A stretch of DNA of 64,000 nt, from assembly GCA_028534125.1 (NCBI GenBank), contig CM052817.1, positions 56,236,001 through 56,300,000 of the forward strand, written 5' to 3'. Source of the stretch: Lama glama (taxonomy: Eukaryota). A program made the translations under genes and the position numbers. The notes beneath the pieces are model-generated. The model searched no databases. It was not told the origin of the DNA and saw only the letters and a list, made by a program, of their open reading frames with translations. Below are positions 12,860 through 25,895 of this stretch, in pieces; the stretch's first letter is position 1, and every line of letters starts with the position of its first letter.

Positions 12860-13026
12860 CAGTGGTGCCCCACCAGGGTTTAGCCTGGGAAACTTTGAAA
12901 AATGTGGCTATCCAAGGTCCATTCAAAGAGCATAATGTTTAGTTGGTCTGTGGTACAGACCAGGCATTAGGGTTTTTAAAAGCTCCCCACATGAGTCTAA
13001 TATTCAGCCATGGCTGAGAGCTACTG
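12860..13026. mobile_element. MER5 (MER5B-like) hAT-Charlie MITE
   Basis: cagtggt...ctactg termini; 'caggcattagggtttttaaaagctccccacatgagtctaatattcagccatggctgagagctactg'. Confidence 0.75.
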
Positions 13027-13239
13027 CATCTGATTTCTTTTCAGTATTGTCACCAGAGTTATCACATCAGGACTCTCACCAACTAAGGAACCAAGAGTGA
13101 TCCTTAATTTGCCATAGTAATAGGGCAAAAATACCTGTTTGTTAAAGCCTATCGTTTTTTTAACCACATCCCTAAGGACCTAATGCCTAATAATATTTCC
13201 AAGTTTATCTCCCACATTTGTTTTCCCTGAGGCAGATCT

Positions 13240-13865
13240 ATGTTCATGAAGCAGCTTGACTTGTAGCAGCCAAAAACTGAAACCAGCCCAGATGTCCTTC
13301 AACAGATGAATGGTTAAATAAACTGTGGCACATCCATACCATTCAATACTACTCAGTAGTGAAAAAGAACATACTGATATATGCAACAACTTGGATGAAT
13401 CATCAAGGAGTTATACTGAGTGGTAGAAAGTCCAAAGGTTACATAGTGTACAATTCTATTTATATAATATTTTTGATGTGAGAAAATTTTAGAAATGGAA
13501 GACAAATTAGTGTTTGCCAGGGCTTGGAAACAATCAGGGAAAGTTGTGGGGAGAGGGAAGGAGAGGAGCTGGGATATGGTTATAAAAAAGTAAAACAGGG
13601 GACCGATTATGTTTGAGCTGTTCAGTACCTTGACTTTGGTGGTAGATATAGCAGCCTACATAGGTGATAAAATTACATAGAACTTCACACACATGCATAC
13701 ACATACACAACTAACTAATACTTGAAAATCTGAATAGAATTAGATTGTATCAATGTCAATATTACCGTTTCAGAAATTGGGCAATTGTACAAGGCCTCTC
13801 TGTTATTTCTTAAAACTGTGTGTGAATCTGCTATTGAAATACTTTTTAAAATTCCAATTAAAAAT
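13240..13865 (+). mobile_element. L1 3' end (L1MD-like)
   Basis: 'cccagatgtccttcaacagatgaatggttaaataaactgtgg...atgcaacaacttggatgaatc...' then an L1M-type 3' UTR. Confidence 0.85.
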
Positions 13866-14242
13866 TAAAATTTTAATTAAGTTAAAGTTTTGAACTAAAA
13901 AATTCCTACTCATTTTTTAAGGTCCAGCCACATACAATATATCTGCACACATTTTGTTCATTACTAAACAACTTCTCTGGATAATTATCAAGGTTAAGAA
14001 TAGTATATAGTATAAAATCTGTGTTATGTTAATAAAGGACAACCCCCTTTCTTTGATGTAGATTAAGCAATTGATAAACTGATATCAATTGATTAGTAAA
14101 TTAAATATGTAAAGGGAAACATATGATAGATTTCACTTACTTTTTTTCACAAAAAGAATCATCCACTTGCAGCTGGAGAAAGGGCACCTTGCTATACTTT
14201 CACCTTCTATGTTAATATACTTATTTCCTCTATTTTTAACCT

Positions 14243-14645
14243 CTTTATTAAATTGAGGAACAATACACATAAAGAAAAAAACCACAATATCCCAAAGATA
14301 CAACTCAGTAGACATTTATAAACTGAGCTTTTACACATCCATGTAACTGGAACTCAGATCAAGAAACATAACATAAGGAGTGATCCAGATTATTATCCAT
14401 GCTCCCTTGTAGTCAGTACAACCCCTGGGGTGGCCACTATTGTTTTTAGGGAGTATATCATACAATATGCTTTGTGGCTGGCTTTTTGTGTTCAACAGTG
14501 TTTGTTCAATTCATGAACATTGTGTGTGTTGTGCTGTATTGTATTGCACTGAGTGAATTTCCACAATTTATCCATTTTACTATTGATGGGCATTTGAGTA
14601 GTTTCTAGTTGTGGCTAGTATGGATGTTTCTATGAATATTTTAGT
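14243..14645 (-). mobile_element. Old L1 3' end (L1ME-like)
   Basis: 'catccatgtaactggaactcagatcaagaaacataacat' and 'caatttatccattttactattgatgggcatttgagtagtttctag' are antisense L1ME motifs. Confidence 0.75.
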
Positions 14646-15264
14646 CTGTACCCTAATTAACACTTCCTGAAGACCAATTTGCTCCTCATCTTCATCCTCA
14701 TTTCTTTTTAGAGATGCTAGGAAAATGACACTTCATTACATAAGCAAAAATGATCTTTTTCTGCAGACAGTAGAAAGTCAAGCAGATCTGAAAAAGAAAA
14801 ATAATTCAGAGATTCATTTTTTAGTTTCCACTTTCAGGAGCTTTTTGACACCTAAGCCCTTAATTATCTTTTCAATTTCAACAGGTCATATGAGACAAAG
14901 CAGAAACACAGACAGGAAAAATTCATAGACGTTAAGAATGATAGAGTTGCTTCGTGTTGGGTGGCAGCAAGCAACTCAATAGGGAATCCAGGAGGCTCTC
15001 CATTCCTTTATGAGGCATATCTAATAAGATAAATAATCTATTTGTTCTGAAATTCATAAACAGTGCAACTCCTACCCAAAATAATTATAAAAATACAAGT
15101 GGTTTGTTCCCCTAGGTCATGACTTCTTTCCTGACTTAGCACAGCTGATGCAACTGAGGGTCAGTTGCAAATGGCACTAATTAAAAACATTCATGTTGCA
15201 TCTCTCTGCTTAATCTGTCCTAAAATTCAATAATAACCCTTCTTGCCTTGGTAGCCTAGCTGAT

Positions 15265-15490
15265 AATGGCATTTGGGATTAGGTAGATGGATTAGGATTT
15301 GAATCTTGCAGAAGAGTGGGATTTATATTTAATATACATACAGAGGAAGAGTCCTTCAGATAGAGAAATGCACAAAGGACAAGTGGAGGATGGGATATCG
15401 CGATGCATGGTGTGTTAATATCCCACTGGGCATTTGGTTGGATGTGGTTGTGTTCAATAAGGGCAGAGTCTGAAAGGAGTAGCTTGGTCA
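15265..15490 (-). mobile_element. Possible L2 fragment
   Basis: Purine-rich 'tttgaatcttgcagaagagtgggattt...ccttcagatagagaaatgcacaaagg' resembles antisense L2; very diverged. Confidence 0.35.
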
Positions 15491-15949
15491 AGTGCAAACA
15501 TGTTGACATAACACTTACAGAGTATTTTGCTTTTTCTGGAGGAGTGAGATGGGTGTAGCTCTCCTACCACATAGTGGCTGGGTGTCAGAGTCCCCACAAG
15601 GAGGACATTGTGCATCAACCCCTCTATAACTATCCCATCACCCACGGTTAATGGTGATGTTTCCCCTGAATGGATTTCCTACAGAGGTACAATTATGGTA
15701 GATTGCAAGAAATGCCTGCCACTATTTGAAGAGGTTTTAATGGGTGTGACTCCCACACTTACCTACCAATCAGTTTGTACCATCACACCATTGGCTGGTG
15801 CCTACCAGCCCAGTGCTTGATCCAGCCATACTGAACCAGCTGTCTAAGCCATAAGACATTAATAAGTTTTCCTCAACCAGTGAAACAGTGACCATTGGTC
15901 AGTCAGCTACCAAAAAAAAAAAAGACATCTTTTTTTGAAAATTCTCAGC

Positions 15950-17245
15950 AGAATGTGGCATAAATAGTATACTCACACAGGCAAAAATGCCAGTGCTACA
16001 GTATAGTGGTTTTCGTTACCATGTCCTTTCCTTTAACAGAGATAGGTGTGAAAGGTACTGGTGCTATGATGAGAGGAGAATCTGCAGTGCCCAATGTGCA
16101 ACTAGTCAGGATTTGGGTAACATTACAAAGTCATTCAAGGTAAGACAGGAAAACATAAGCACAATTTGGTATTGAAGGGAAAGTAAGGAAAATCCTGAAT
16201 AGGCCAAAATATACATACAGAAGAAGGGCCAAATGCAACACTATCACAGGTACTTGCAAGAAGACTCCATAATATTAATGATAAAGAGGTCCTGTTAATG
16301 CTATCAGAAAGAAAGTCATTAAAGAAGCAAAGTAAGTAGAATTCAAAACAAATATGACTTCCAAATCCAACATCATTGCATGGAATTGAAATTCCAGAGA
16401 AGTATAAAATGTCCAGGCTTGTAGAACCACTTCTTATACAAGATTCCATTGCTCAAGATGACAAAAATGACAAGTTACTCAACTTATGGCAGTATTCAAT
16501 ATTTAAGTGTCAGTACCACATTATTCAATAATGGCACCTTCAAGATGGCACCAGTGCAGTTCACTCATTTACAGTGCACGGAGTAGTATGGGTTATACTG
16601 TACCATTGATTTATGCACTAACAATGAAAAGGCAATAAGACATATACATAAGATATATAGATGAGAAAGTACTTGTATTTGCATAGGGAAGAAATCTTGA
16701 CAGTAACCCTTCATTGTGCCTGATGATTTCAAGATTGCATATGTGAACGTGACTTAACCACTCCTACCAAATGCAAATGCACAAGTAAAAGGATGCTTTT
16801 TTTTTTTTAACTTTTCACAATCACTATGGTGAAAAATACCTTCTTTGGGTCTAGCCTGCGAGTATATGACGATGGAAAGGAACACTTGTAAGTGTGCACC
16901 CACGTTGAGACTTCCATTTGTGCCTTTGGAAGATGTAAATGAAGCTTGAGTACATTGTGGAGAGTGCAGAAAAATTAGATGACCTACTAAATTATGCCGA
17001 GAGAATGTGTGTCTGTGGAAGGCATGGCAGAGACAAAACAAGACCAGTAACTCCAAGATTTCCACCAGAAACTTGGATTCTTTATATATCAGTACTGAAC
17101 ATGTTCACAGGATGATTGATGTAGTGAATGGCGGGCATAACAAATTTCAAAAGCTTATGGTAGTGCATGATCCTTTAATTTGGAGATTTATTGAAGTGTT
17201 AAAAGACAAACAGTAAAGCAATGAACAAGTTATCACCCAGGTTCT
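15950..17245 (+). pseudogene. Fossil Mutator-like (MULE/MuDR) DNA transposase: FLYWCH zinc finger + MULE DDE domain, multiply frameshifted with stops
   Basis: Manual translation across frames, in order: LQYSGFRY...YWCYDERRICSAQCAT (about 15996-16103) with HKH (16154-16162) = FLYWCH-like; LPNPTSLHGIEIPEKY (16358-); NGTFKMAP (16530-16553, cf. DGTFKxAP); FTVHG (16568-16582); PLIYAL (16603-16620); DFKIA (16725-16739, cf. DFExA); GCFFFFNFSQSLW*KIPSLGL (16791-16853, cf. GCxFHxxQxLWRKIQxxGL); LPFVP (16911-16925); PRFPPETW (17053-17076); RMIDVVNGGHNKF...HDPLIWRFIEVLKDKQ (17109-17213, cf. RTNNxxEGWHNxF...HPxIWxFIExLKxEQ). Confidence 0.9.
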
Positions 17246-20200
17246 AAACTCTCTGTCGGGCAATCCAACACCCCACTCCCACCTAAAAAGACCCTGGGGA
17301 CAGTAAATGTACAATAAGTACTAAAAGCCTGATTTAACAACCAAAAACAAACTACTTTTATGTAATGACTATATTTCTGTGCTTTGTATTAGCTTGTCCC
17401 AACCAGAGTAATTGTTGAATAAAAAAGTACCCTCACATCCTTTAAACATTGAACTACTATCCTCATAGCTAGACTTTTGTGCAGGCTAGTTCCTGCTCAT
17501 AGGAATTCTAATCTGCGAGCAACTTTGATCCTCTGAACCTATCCAGATTCAGTTTTACTTTAAAAACATGTGCTTACAATAAATTTAGATATGTATTTAT
17601 ATCAATTTGAAAATGATTTTCCTCCATCTTGAAAACTGTCTGTAAAATAAATATTCCATGTCATTCTTTCAAGTCTCTTTGAAGACGTTTCTCTATATTT
17701 CAAACACTTTCACTGTCTCAGTTCAAGCCTTGAAATTGCTATCAACTGCATTAATAGGATTTCAGTCAGTGAAAGGAAGTCAGAATCCATGTAGCACAAT
17801 AAAGAGTTAATTCATAGTTATCAACATAAGATGTTTCAGTTTTATGTTAATATACATATCCTCCAGGATAAATGACTTCAAGGCTGCTCTTTAGAACTAA
17901 AACCACTTTGCATATCATACAGTACCTTGTACACAGCACAACTGTAATGGAGAATTGGGAAACCAAATGAAATACTCTGTTTATGTTTGAAGTTCCATAT
18001 TACTAATGCAGAGAGTTTCTACTAATCCCTGCAAAAATTGTGCATTTTTTGAAGTTGATTGAGTTAAAAATTAGTCATTAGACAAATATTTATAAGATTT
18101 TTTTTTTGGTTTTGACTACAAAGAAAAAATGTATCAACTTGACAATGATGAAAATGTGAGGAATCAAAGCAAATGTACTTGCAATGCAGAAAAATAAATC
18201 CTAGGAATTCAAATAAATAACACTGGAGAAAAGGAAACAGCTTGAAAGCTCCTGGTTAGGTTTTGGTCACAGTAAAAAGAAAATCAGAATTCTCTTTGCC
18301 CTTCATTTCTTTAGAGAATAAGTTTAAAAGGTAAAGTTTGAACTAAAAAGATGCCTCTTGGTTTAAGGGCCGAGTAAAAAAAAGCACTCCCCTTTCTAAA
18401 TTTTGCTCAAAATCATAGTCCTTTTAAATCTCTTTTTACCCTCTGAGCTCCATTAGAACACAATATGCTTTCTTGTAGAAACCATGTTGTTGATGATTTG
18501 AGTTCCTAAAATGAATTTCTGTGAGCAGAATTTTGAGACTATGTATTTATACTTACACTTTGTAATAATGTTATTTATATTTGCACTTTGATTATAAGTG
18601 GCTTTCACCAATCAATGCTGTTAATAGTCATAGTTGAAAGCACACACTATTGAAACTGTATTTGATAATATAACATTGCTCCAGATGAAGTTGAAGAGGG
18701 ATTTGATACCTTAACAAGCCCCAAGCCCCAATTCAAAGTAACGTTTACGGTTATATTTGACTTTAGTATGTGTATATATATATGCATATATAATAAATTA
18801 CATATTATATTTAATATGTTATACTAAACATAAATCTGAGGTAAAGTTAGAAATCATTTTATCTATATCCTGCTCTCCACATAAGCCTATATTCCAAGTC
18901 TTTATATGTGAATTTAAAATATATATATAACATAATATCATAATAATTTTACATTTTCATAAAAGTAATCTAATGATGAAATTATCAATTTGCCCTTCTA
19001 TTTGATTACACACATAGAAGATATCTTTCTTATAGACAATTACTTTCCTTGCTATTAATATTTAATATGCAAATTAAATATAATAACTTCAAAAAACCAT
19101 TTTCCTTTATGATACTCAGAACCCAGCTGATAAGCTTGAAGAAAGAATTCAGGAATCTGTTTAATTTTAAATATTTTTATTTTACAAATGTTTGAAGACA
19201 GTTATCCCATTTACTGGTTGACTGTATTATTGTAAATGGAATATGAAATATTATTCAATAATTAGTATTCATCCTACTTATTTCATATTTACTAAACACC
19301 CTGATAAACATGAGGCAACCTCAGGATTAGATTAAATCTAATCTAAAGCTTTTTGAGAGCCATTGTAAAATACGTTAAGTTCTACAGAGGAATTTTGTTT
19401 CATAGGTGCAAAGTTAGCATCATCGATTGCTAACATTCTCATCACGTTTTAAGGTAGTATCAGTATAATATAACTCACCAATAGCTTTACTAAAGCTCCA
19501 ACTTTGTATCATATTTCAAACCATGTAAGATGATTTTCATATGAAATTATCTAGGGAATTGTTTTCCAATTGTTACCTGCCAAACTACTCTTTAGCTGAA
19601 AATAAAAATGTAGGTACAAGATGCTTTTAAATTCACTTACAGACTAACCGCCTTAAAATCCTGGGGTGTTGCAGAGAGTTTTCTTTTACTATTTTATGTG
19701 TGTTTCTTCTAAAACTAACAAATTGAAATAAAGCATTCTTGATCCTGAAGTTAAGTGCCCATATGACATATTTTCGCAGATGAAGAAAGAAGACATACGG
19801 AAGAATGTCTCTTTGAGAATTTCAAGTCAACATAATATCTCTGAGGATAAGGTTTTTAAATTTCTGATCTCACTATAAGACATCTAAAAAGCATATGTAC
19901 ATAAGTCATTATTCATAATATGAAAAAACATATTTATGCTACTGAAATATATTAGTTACAGAAATGCTCTCTATAAGCTAGTCTAAATTATTATGTAATG
20001 TTAATGCCCCAGTGGAAATGTCTTTCAGGTAAAATTTGAATGGTTCTATACAACAATTATATAAGCTAAATGAGGGCAGAATGGCTAAAATACTTTAAAA
20101 AAAAACTACTTATTTCAGAATTTGGTGAACACATGAGAACTAATGAATAGTCAGAAAGCTTTCTTATTCTCATTGCCATCTGACTTGTGGTTTTAGATGT

Positions 20201-20378
20201 AATTTTAGGAATAAATATATTTTGAGAGTTTGTTCTTTCAGTTTTTTTTTTAATTCTGGTAATAAATGTTTTCTAGAAAAAATATATTTTACCTCAAGCA
20301 CAATTAATATATATTATATGGTATTTGCAGTATGTTTCCAATAACATGAAAGTATTTCTGTAGATTGGTTGGTCAATT

Positions 20379-20899
20379 TGTTACTGAGTCCAAACTCTTT
20401 CTGCTTGCTGTAAGATAGGCCCGTAAATCTGGAGACAAAGTGTTGAGGCAGAGAATAATGACTTTATTCAGAAAGCCAACAGACTGAGAAGATGGCAGAC
20501 TAATGTCCTGGAGAACAATCTTACCCAAGTAGAATTCTGGCTCCTTTTATACTAAGAAGGGGGGTGGGAGGGTGTGGTTGGTTGTTGCAAATTTCTTGGT
20601 GTCAGAATCCTTTGTTCTTGCAGCTGTTTATATAGGTCAGGTCATGGTGTTCCTGTAAACCTCCAACAAGACAAATGTTATTCTCTGTTCTGCAACTTTT
20701 TATCTCTATATGAATGGGAAAGTGTTACACCCTTAAAGGTCAGAGCCTTGAGAATGACCTATCCTGTGTATTTCAGGCTACAGGCAACATTCTTTTACAA
20801 AAGATACAGAACCAGTATGACTAAGCACAGGAAACAGCACAGGGTTAGAGCTAAAGAAACAGATCTAATATGAAGTCAGATTTGTTCTTCTGTATTATA
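20379..20899 (-). mobile_element. Solo LTR, ERV1 class
   Basis: tg...ta (mutated ca) termini, 4-bp TSD aatt (20375-20378 and 20900-20903), antisense poly(A) signal 'ctttatt' near 20462, about 520 bp. Confidence 0.8.
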
Positions 20900-23800
20900 A
20901 ATTTATCCTTCTCTGTTTATATATACATATGCAGATTTATCACGGGCATAGAAGATGTCTGTACCTATCATTCCCAAATGTTATTATTAATTATTTTTGT
21001 GGTGTGATATAGAGTGACTCATCACAGTTGTCTTTATATGTATTCATATAGCTAGAAATTTAATACTGAATTTTACAAATACTAATACTTTTGTCTTAAA
21101 CTTTCTTTGCTATGTTTTTCTTTCTGGACTGCTGCATTTCATGTGTGTATTTGTTTAGTGTATAGTGTTCTCTGTTTTTTCTCTCAAACTTTTGTGTAAT
21201 TTTGTTTTGTATGTCACTTTCATATACCAAAGATGGTGGTATTAGCTGTCTTGTCCTCACTCATTTTTTAGAATCTGCTCACTTTTCCAAAGTCCCTGAA
21301 ATAGCTGATTGTACATATGGAATAACATTTACCCACAAAATGGCTACCATGAGCTGTTAATAAGATTCTCTTCCATGAAAATATGAATTGAGATACAGAA
21401 ATGATGGAAAATGTTTCATATATGATACTGTGGCCAATAAAGTAGAGATTTGAAACATCTGATTTTGACATTCAAATGTCCTTCCTTCCTTAACATGGCT
21501 TTTCTAGCTTTTTCTTGGTTTTCTAGACTCCAAATGCATTAGCTACTGTTAGTTTCACATGCAGGTTTTTAATTTTGGCATCCAAATGTGTCTTAGCTAT
21601 AATAATTATACAAGCAGCTTATATTATTTGACTCTGTTTAAAATTTATTTTAGTTTTTGTCCTAGTCTAAGAAGCTTTGACTTTTAATAGGTTTTTATTT
21701 ATATTGGTTGTTGTAATAGAAAATATCTGGTTTTTTTTCCTTAATTCTGTTTTCTTCTCTCTCTGTTGTATAAATTATATTTACATAGCTTTTATTTTCT
21801 GAGATATTTTAGAAAGCATTTTAGTCTCTTTTAATGTGCTAATAATATTTATCTTAAAATGTTTCAAAAAGTTAATAATATGAAAAGTTATTTTTACTCC
21901 CAAATATTCAAGTCTATCATGTGTGATTGTATGTATGTGGTGTTAATATGTGAATATGTGTGGGGGCAAGTCCTCACTTGTGTCATCCATATATTCTATG
22001 TTGTCATATTTATACTTCCTTGTGTTATAATTAGGCTACATCTGTCCAGCCAGTGATTCAGTAAGTTAACAGAGTCAGTCAACTGCTTATCTGTCCATTT
22101 TTAATGTTTGTTTCTTTTCTTGCTTATTTGTTTGTTTTGGCTATAAAGTACTTGTGTAGATTGAATTCTTACTCCAAATCTCATTTCTCACAAGATTTTA
22201 CCTTTTTTTCGGTCATGATTTCTTTGTGCTACCATTAACTGAAAGAAATCTTATAATTCATGGTAATATCATAAGTGAAAATCTTGAATCCCTGATATAC
22301 ACATCTACCAGGTCTTTTTATCTTCTACATCTTCCTCTTGCAGGGATTTGTAGAAAGGTATTTCTCTCACAGCAACTATGATAATATCATCCTGTCTTTC
22401 TGTATCTTTCCAGTAGCCATCTGCAATTTAAAGTCTCTGACTAGATAGACAAAAGTTAACTAAATATGGACTTTGGGCATTACACTCAGCTAGTCTCACT
22501 GAGCAGTATCTAGTGTATAGAAATCAATATATCTTCAAACTTTCTGTGTAATGCAAACTTTAATATTTCATTTCAGCCACAGATGGTATATAGATTGTCA
22601 TTTGCCATTTATATTATAGTAATTTCTACTTTGAGACGCAAAATGAATTTATATCATGTGGTAGATACAAGAGATTCATAAATTCAATATATCTGTCTTA
22701 TATTAGTTAATTTCTTCTTAGCCTCTGACATTAGGTTGATTTTGGGTGGTATTTTTCTTTGTTATTATGTAATTACTGTGAGCTTTTTGTGTGATTTTAT
22801 TGAGACAATCTGTATTTGGGAGGCTATTAAAGAGATAATTTTGGATGATAAATAGACAAATACATTAAAACTTAGTTTTCACATTAGGTTTCCTTTTTAC
22901 TTTTTTTGAGTTTTTTTCCCTACTATTCACTTACTTTAGATAAAGTGTTTTTTCCTGCCAGATCTCCATGTAAGCAATGATAAGAAGACAAACAGAATTT
23001 CTTATGCATCAGTGATAACCTCTACATTTGAGAATACCTTTAGAGCAAACAAACAAAACAAAGAATATCAAACCAACCAACCACCAAATAAAGAAACAGA
23101 GATGTGGAAGCATGGTTTAGAGAGGCCACTTTACATTGACTCTAGTGAAGGGCATAATTCTGAGGGACAAAACAAGTCCTAATAGCCCTCAGTTGGCTCA
23201 GGTCAGTCCTTCAGATGAGAAAATTACACAGGAATTTGTAGTCAAAATCCGCGGCAGTATGCACTTTCCTGAAGTACTCGCTTGCCTGGAGTGCACTCTG
23301 TGTTGACGAGACATCTCGGGAAACCACAGGGGTAGTAAACAGATGGATATGATTTACAATGTTCTGGGACTGATCCTGGCCAGGAGTGTCTCAACCACTG
23401 CAACTAATCTCCTGAATGTTCTCACAGCTAATGGGTTGTGGTGGCATTGAGTCCCCTTCGTTTTCGCATAGCCATACGTGCCGCACTACAATCATGAGAA
23501 GGAAAGGTGGGAAGGAGCATGCTGAACAGAGGGAAAATTATTTCCCAGTTTGTATCTTTGCTTTCTGCCAAGGCCACTTTTTGGTATGGCTAATGCTGTC
23601 AAACAAGAAAGATGGAAAAGGGTTAATTAATCAATATCTCCTAAGGGTTTTTGGCTAAAAGGCTAATGCAAAGGCCACGCACTGTCACTATCACTATTTG
23701 GTCAGATTACGGTGATTATGTGACCTAGAAGAAAAATGTCAAAAAGGAGACATTCCCATTAATTTGCATTGTTAATATAACTGTTGACAGCAAAGAAAAG

Positions 23801-24959
23801 TTTGCATATCTGAATCAGATCCCCCAACAACAACAACAAAAAATCCAGCTGTCTTGTCAACTGATATATTTGATTAAGCTAATTTGTCATAGCCAGACTC
23901 ATCATTGTCATTCTACACTAACATTAAACATCTATTCATTACAGCTTGGAGAGCAGTGCTTACGAAGTGTAGGGCTCAGGAGGTTACTTGAAAGCATTTG
24001 TAGCTTTTCAGTGAGTGTACAAGTAATAGCGGCCCACATCTAAAACAGCAATCTTGGAAACTTTTAGCTTTTCACACACACACACAAAAGGATACAATAA
24101 TATTACTGTAATACAGATTCAAATAAAACAGTATCCACTGATGCACAGATAAATCTACAAGTATGTAAAGCTCTAGGAAAGAAAATATTTTATTAAAAAC
24201 ACTCTAGACTGTCCCTTAAAATCTTTTTAAACCAGACAATTAAATATCACCTTTAAGGTTTCTATTAAGTCTTTGACAAAGTAAATGCATAGAATATATT
24301 GATTTAATTGTTTATTATCTTGGTTTATAATCTTTAAATATTTGGAACTACAGTATATAGCTCTCAACTTAAAACCCTGAGACTGCAAGAAGTAGGTCTG
24401 ACTTTTTAAATTTAGAATTGTCTGATACTTCGTAGCTTCAGGCAAGACTGTAGTTTCACAGAAAGTGCTAGCTCTGAGTGCACTCCCCTCCACCTGCCTC
24501 CACCAGCTAAATCTTATGTCCTTTCCCCTTTGTTTGTATTTACAATATCATTTTCAGAAACTATTCTATCCAGAGAGGTAAACATATGTATAGAAGATTT
24601 CTGTGATTTAATTAATAAGCACACAGTAATATAACAATACTATATATATATACAAACATATAGATATATTATTATATATAATAATATGAGTGATAGTATA
24701 AACGTATACTATTATAGTATTGATACATGTGCATATGTGTGTATATATACATATGTGTAAATATATAATATAATATGGAGAGGGGATAAATTGCAAAATC
24801 AATGATCACAAAATAAAATGAATTTTAAGAACAAATGATACAGGCTGAAGCATTAAACAGACTATTTCTTTACCATAATTCATTGAAATTAAACATCAAT
24901 GGTAAAAAGAAAGATTAAAACATTCTCATATAGAAGTTAACAAGCAAAACCCCACATGA

Positions 24960-25895
24960 CTAAAGTCATAGGCCTAAAAGTAAAACACAAAACTCTAAAT
25001 CTTCTAGAAGATAAGAAAAAAATCTAGGTTACCTTGTCTGTAGTGATGACTTTTTAGATACAACACAAAAAAGCACAATCCACGCAAGAAAAAAGATAGT
25101 TGGACTTTGTTAAAATAAAAGACTGCTCTGTGAAAGACACTTTTAAGAAAATGAAGAAAAGCCACAGGCTCACAGAAAATATGTACAAAACACATATTGG
25201 AAAACGACTTGAATTCAAAATATACAAAGAACTCTCAATATTCAGTAGTAACAACACAGTTGAAAAATGAGCAAAAGATCAGGACACCTCACAGAAGAAG
25301 ATATACAGATGCAAGTCAGCATAAGAAAAATGCTCAATATGTCATTAGGGAATTGCAAGTTTAAACAACAATGAGATACACCAATGCATACCTTAAAAAT
25401 TGGCTAAAATTCAAAACTCTGACAATGCCAAATGCTGAGGAGGATGTGGAGCAAGAACTCTCAGTCATTGCTGGTGGGAATATAAAATAGTACAGCCACC
25501 TTAAAGACAGTTGTGTGGTTTCTTGCAGAGCTAAACATAATCTTACTATATAATCTAGTAATTATATAGTCCTCGGTATTTAGGCAAATGAGTTGAAAAC
25601 TTATATCCACACAAAAACCTGCTCATGGATGTTTATAGTAGCTTTATTCATAATTGCCAAAACTTACAAGCAGCCAAGATGTCCTTGAATAGATGAATGG
25701 ATGAAAACCTGTACTACTTCCTTAAAATGGAATATTATTCAGTGACAAAAGAAAATGAGCTATCAAGCCACAAAAAGACATGGGGGAACCTTAAATGCAT
25801 ATTTCTCGGTGAATGAAGCCAGGCCAAAGAGGTTGCATACTATATAATTGTAATTATATGAGACTGTAAAAAGGATAAAATAATGAAGACAGTGA
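24960..25895 (+). mobile_element. L1 (L1MC1-like) ORF2 3' part and start of 3' UTR
   Basis: 'gatgactttttagatacaacac', 'tgacaatgccaaatgctgaggaggatgtggagcaagaactctc', 'atccacacaaaaacctgc', 'aaatgagctatcaagccacaaaaagacatgggggaaccttaaatgcatatt'. Confidence 0.9.

Noticed and set aside
15258..15300. 'gataatggcatttgggatt' as a Ricksha-like terminal repeat of the MULE element
   Set aside because: Short match, wrong orientation for a left end as I recall it, and no partner found downstream of the transposase.
19325..19343. 9-bp-arm palindrome gattagatt-a-aatctaatc (similar one at 14068-14091)
   Set aside because: Arms of this length are expected by chance in 64 kb of AT-rich sequence.
20950..22330. 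T-rich stretch possibly derived from a very old antisense L1
   Set aside because: Plausible but too diverged to support by eye with usable boundaries.
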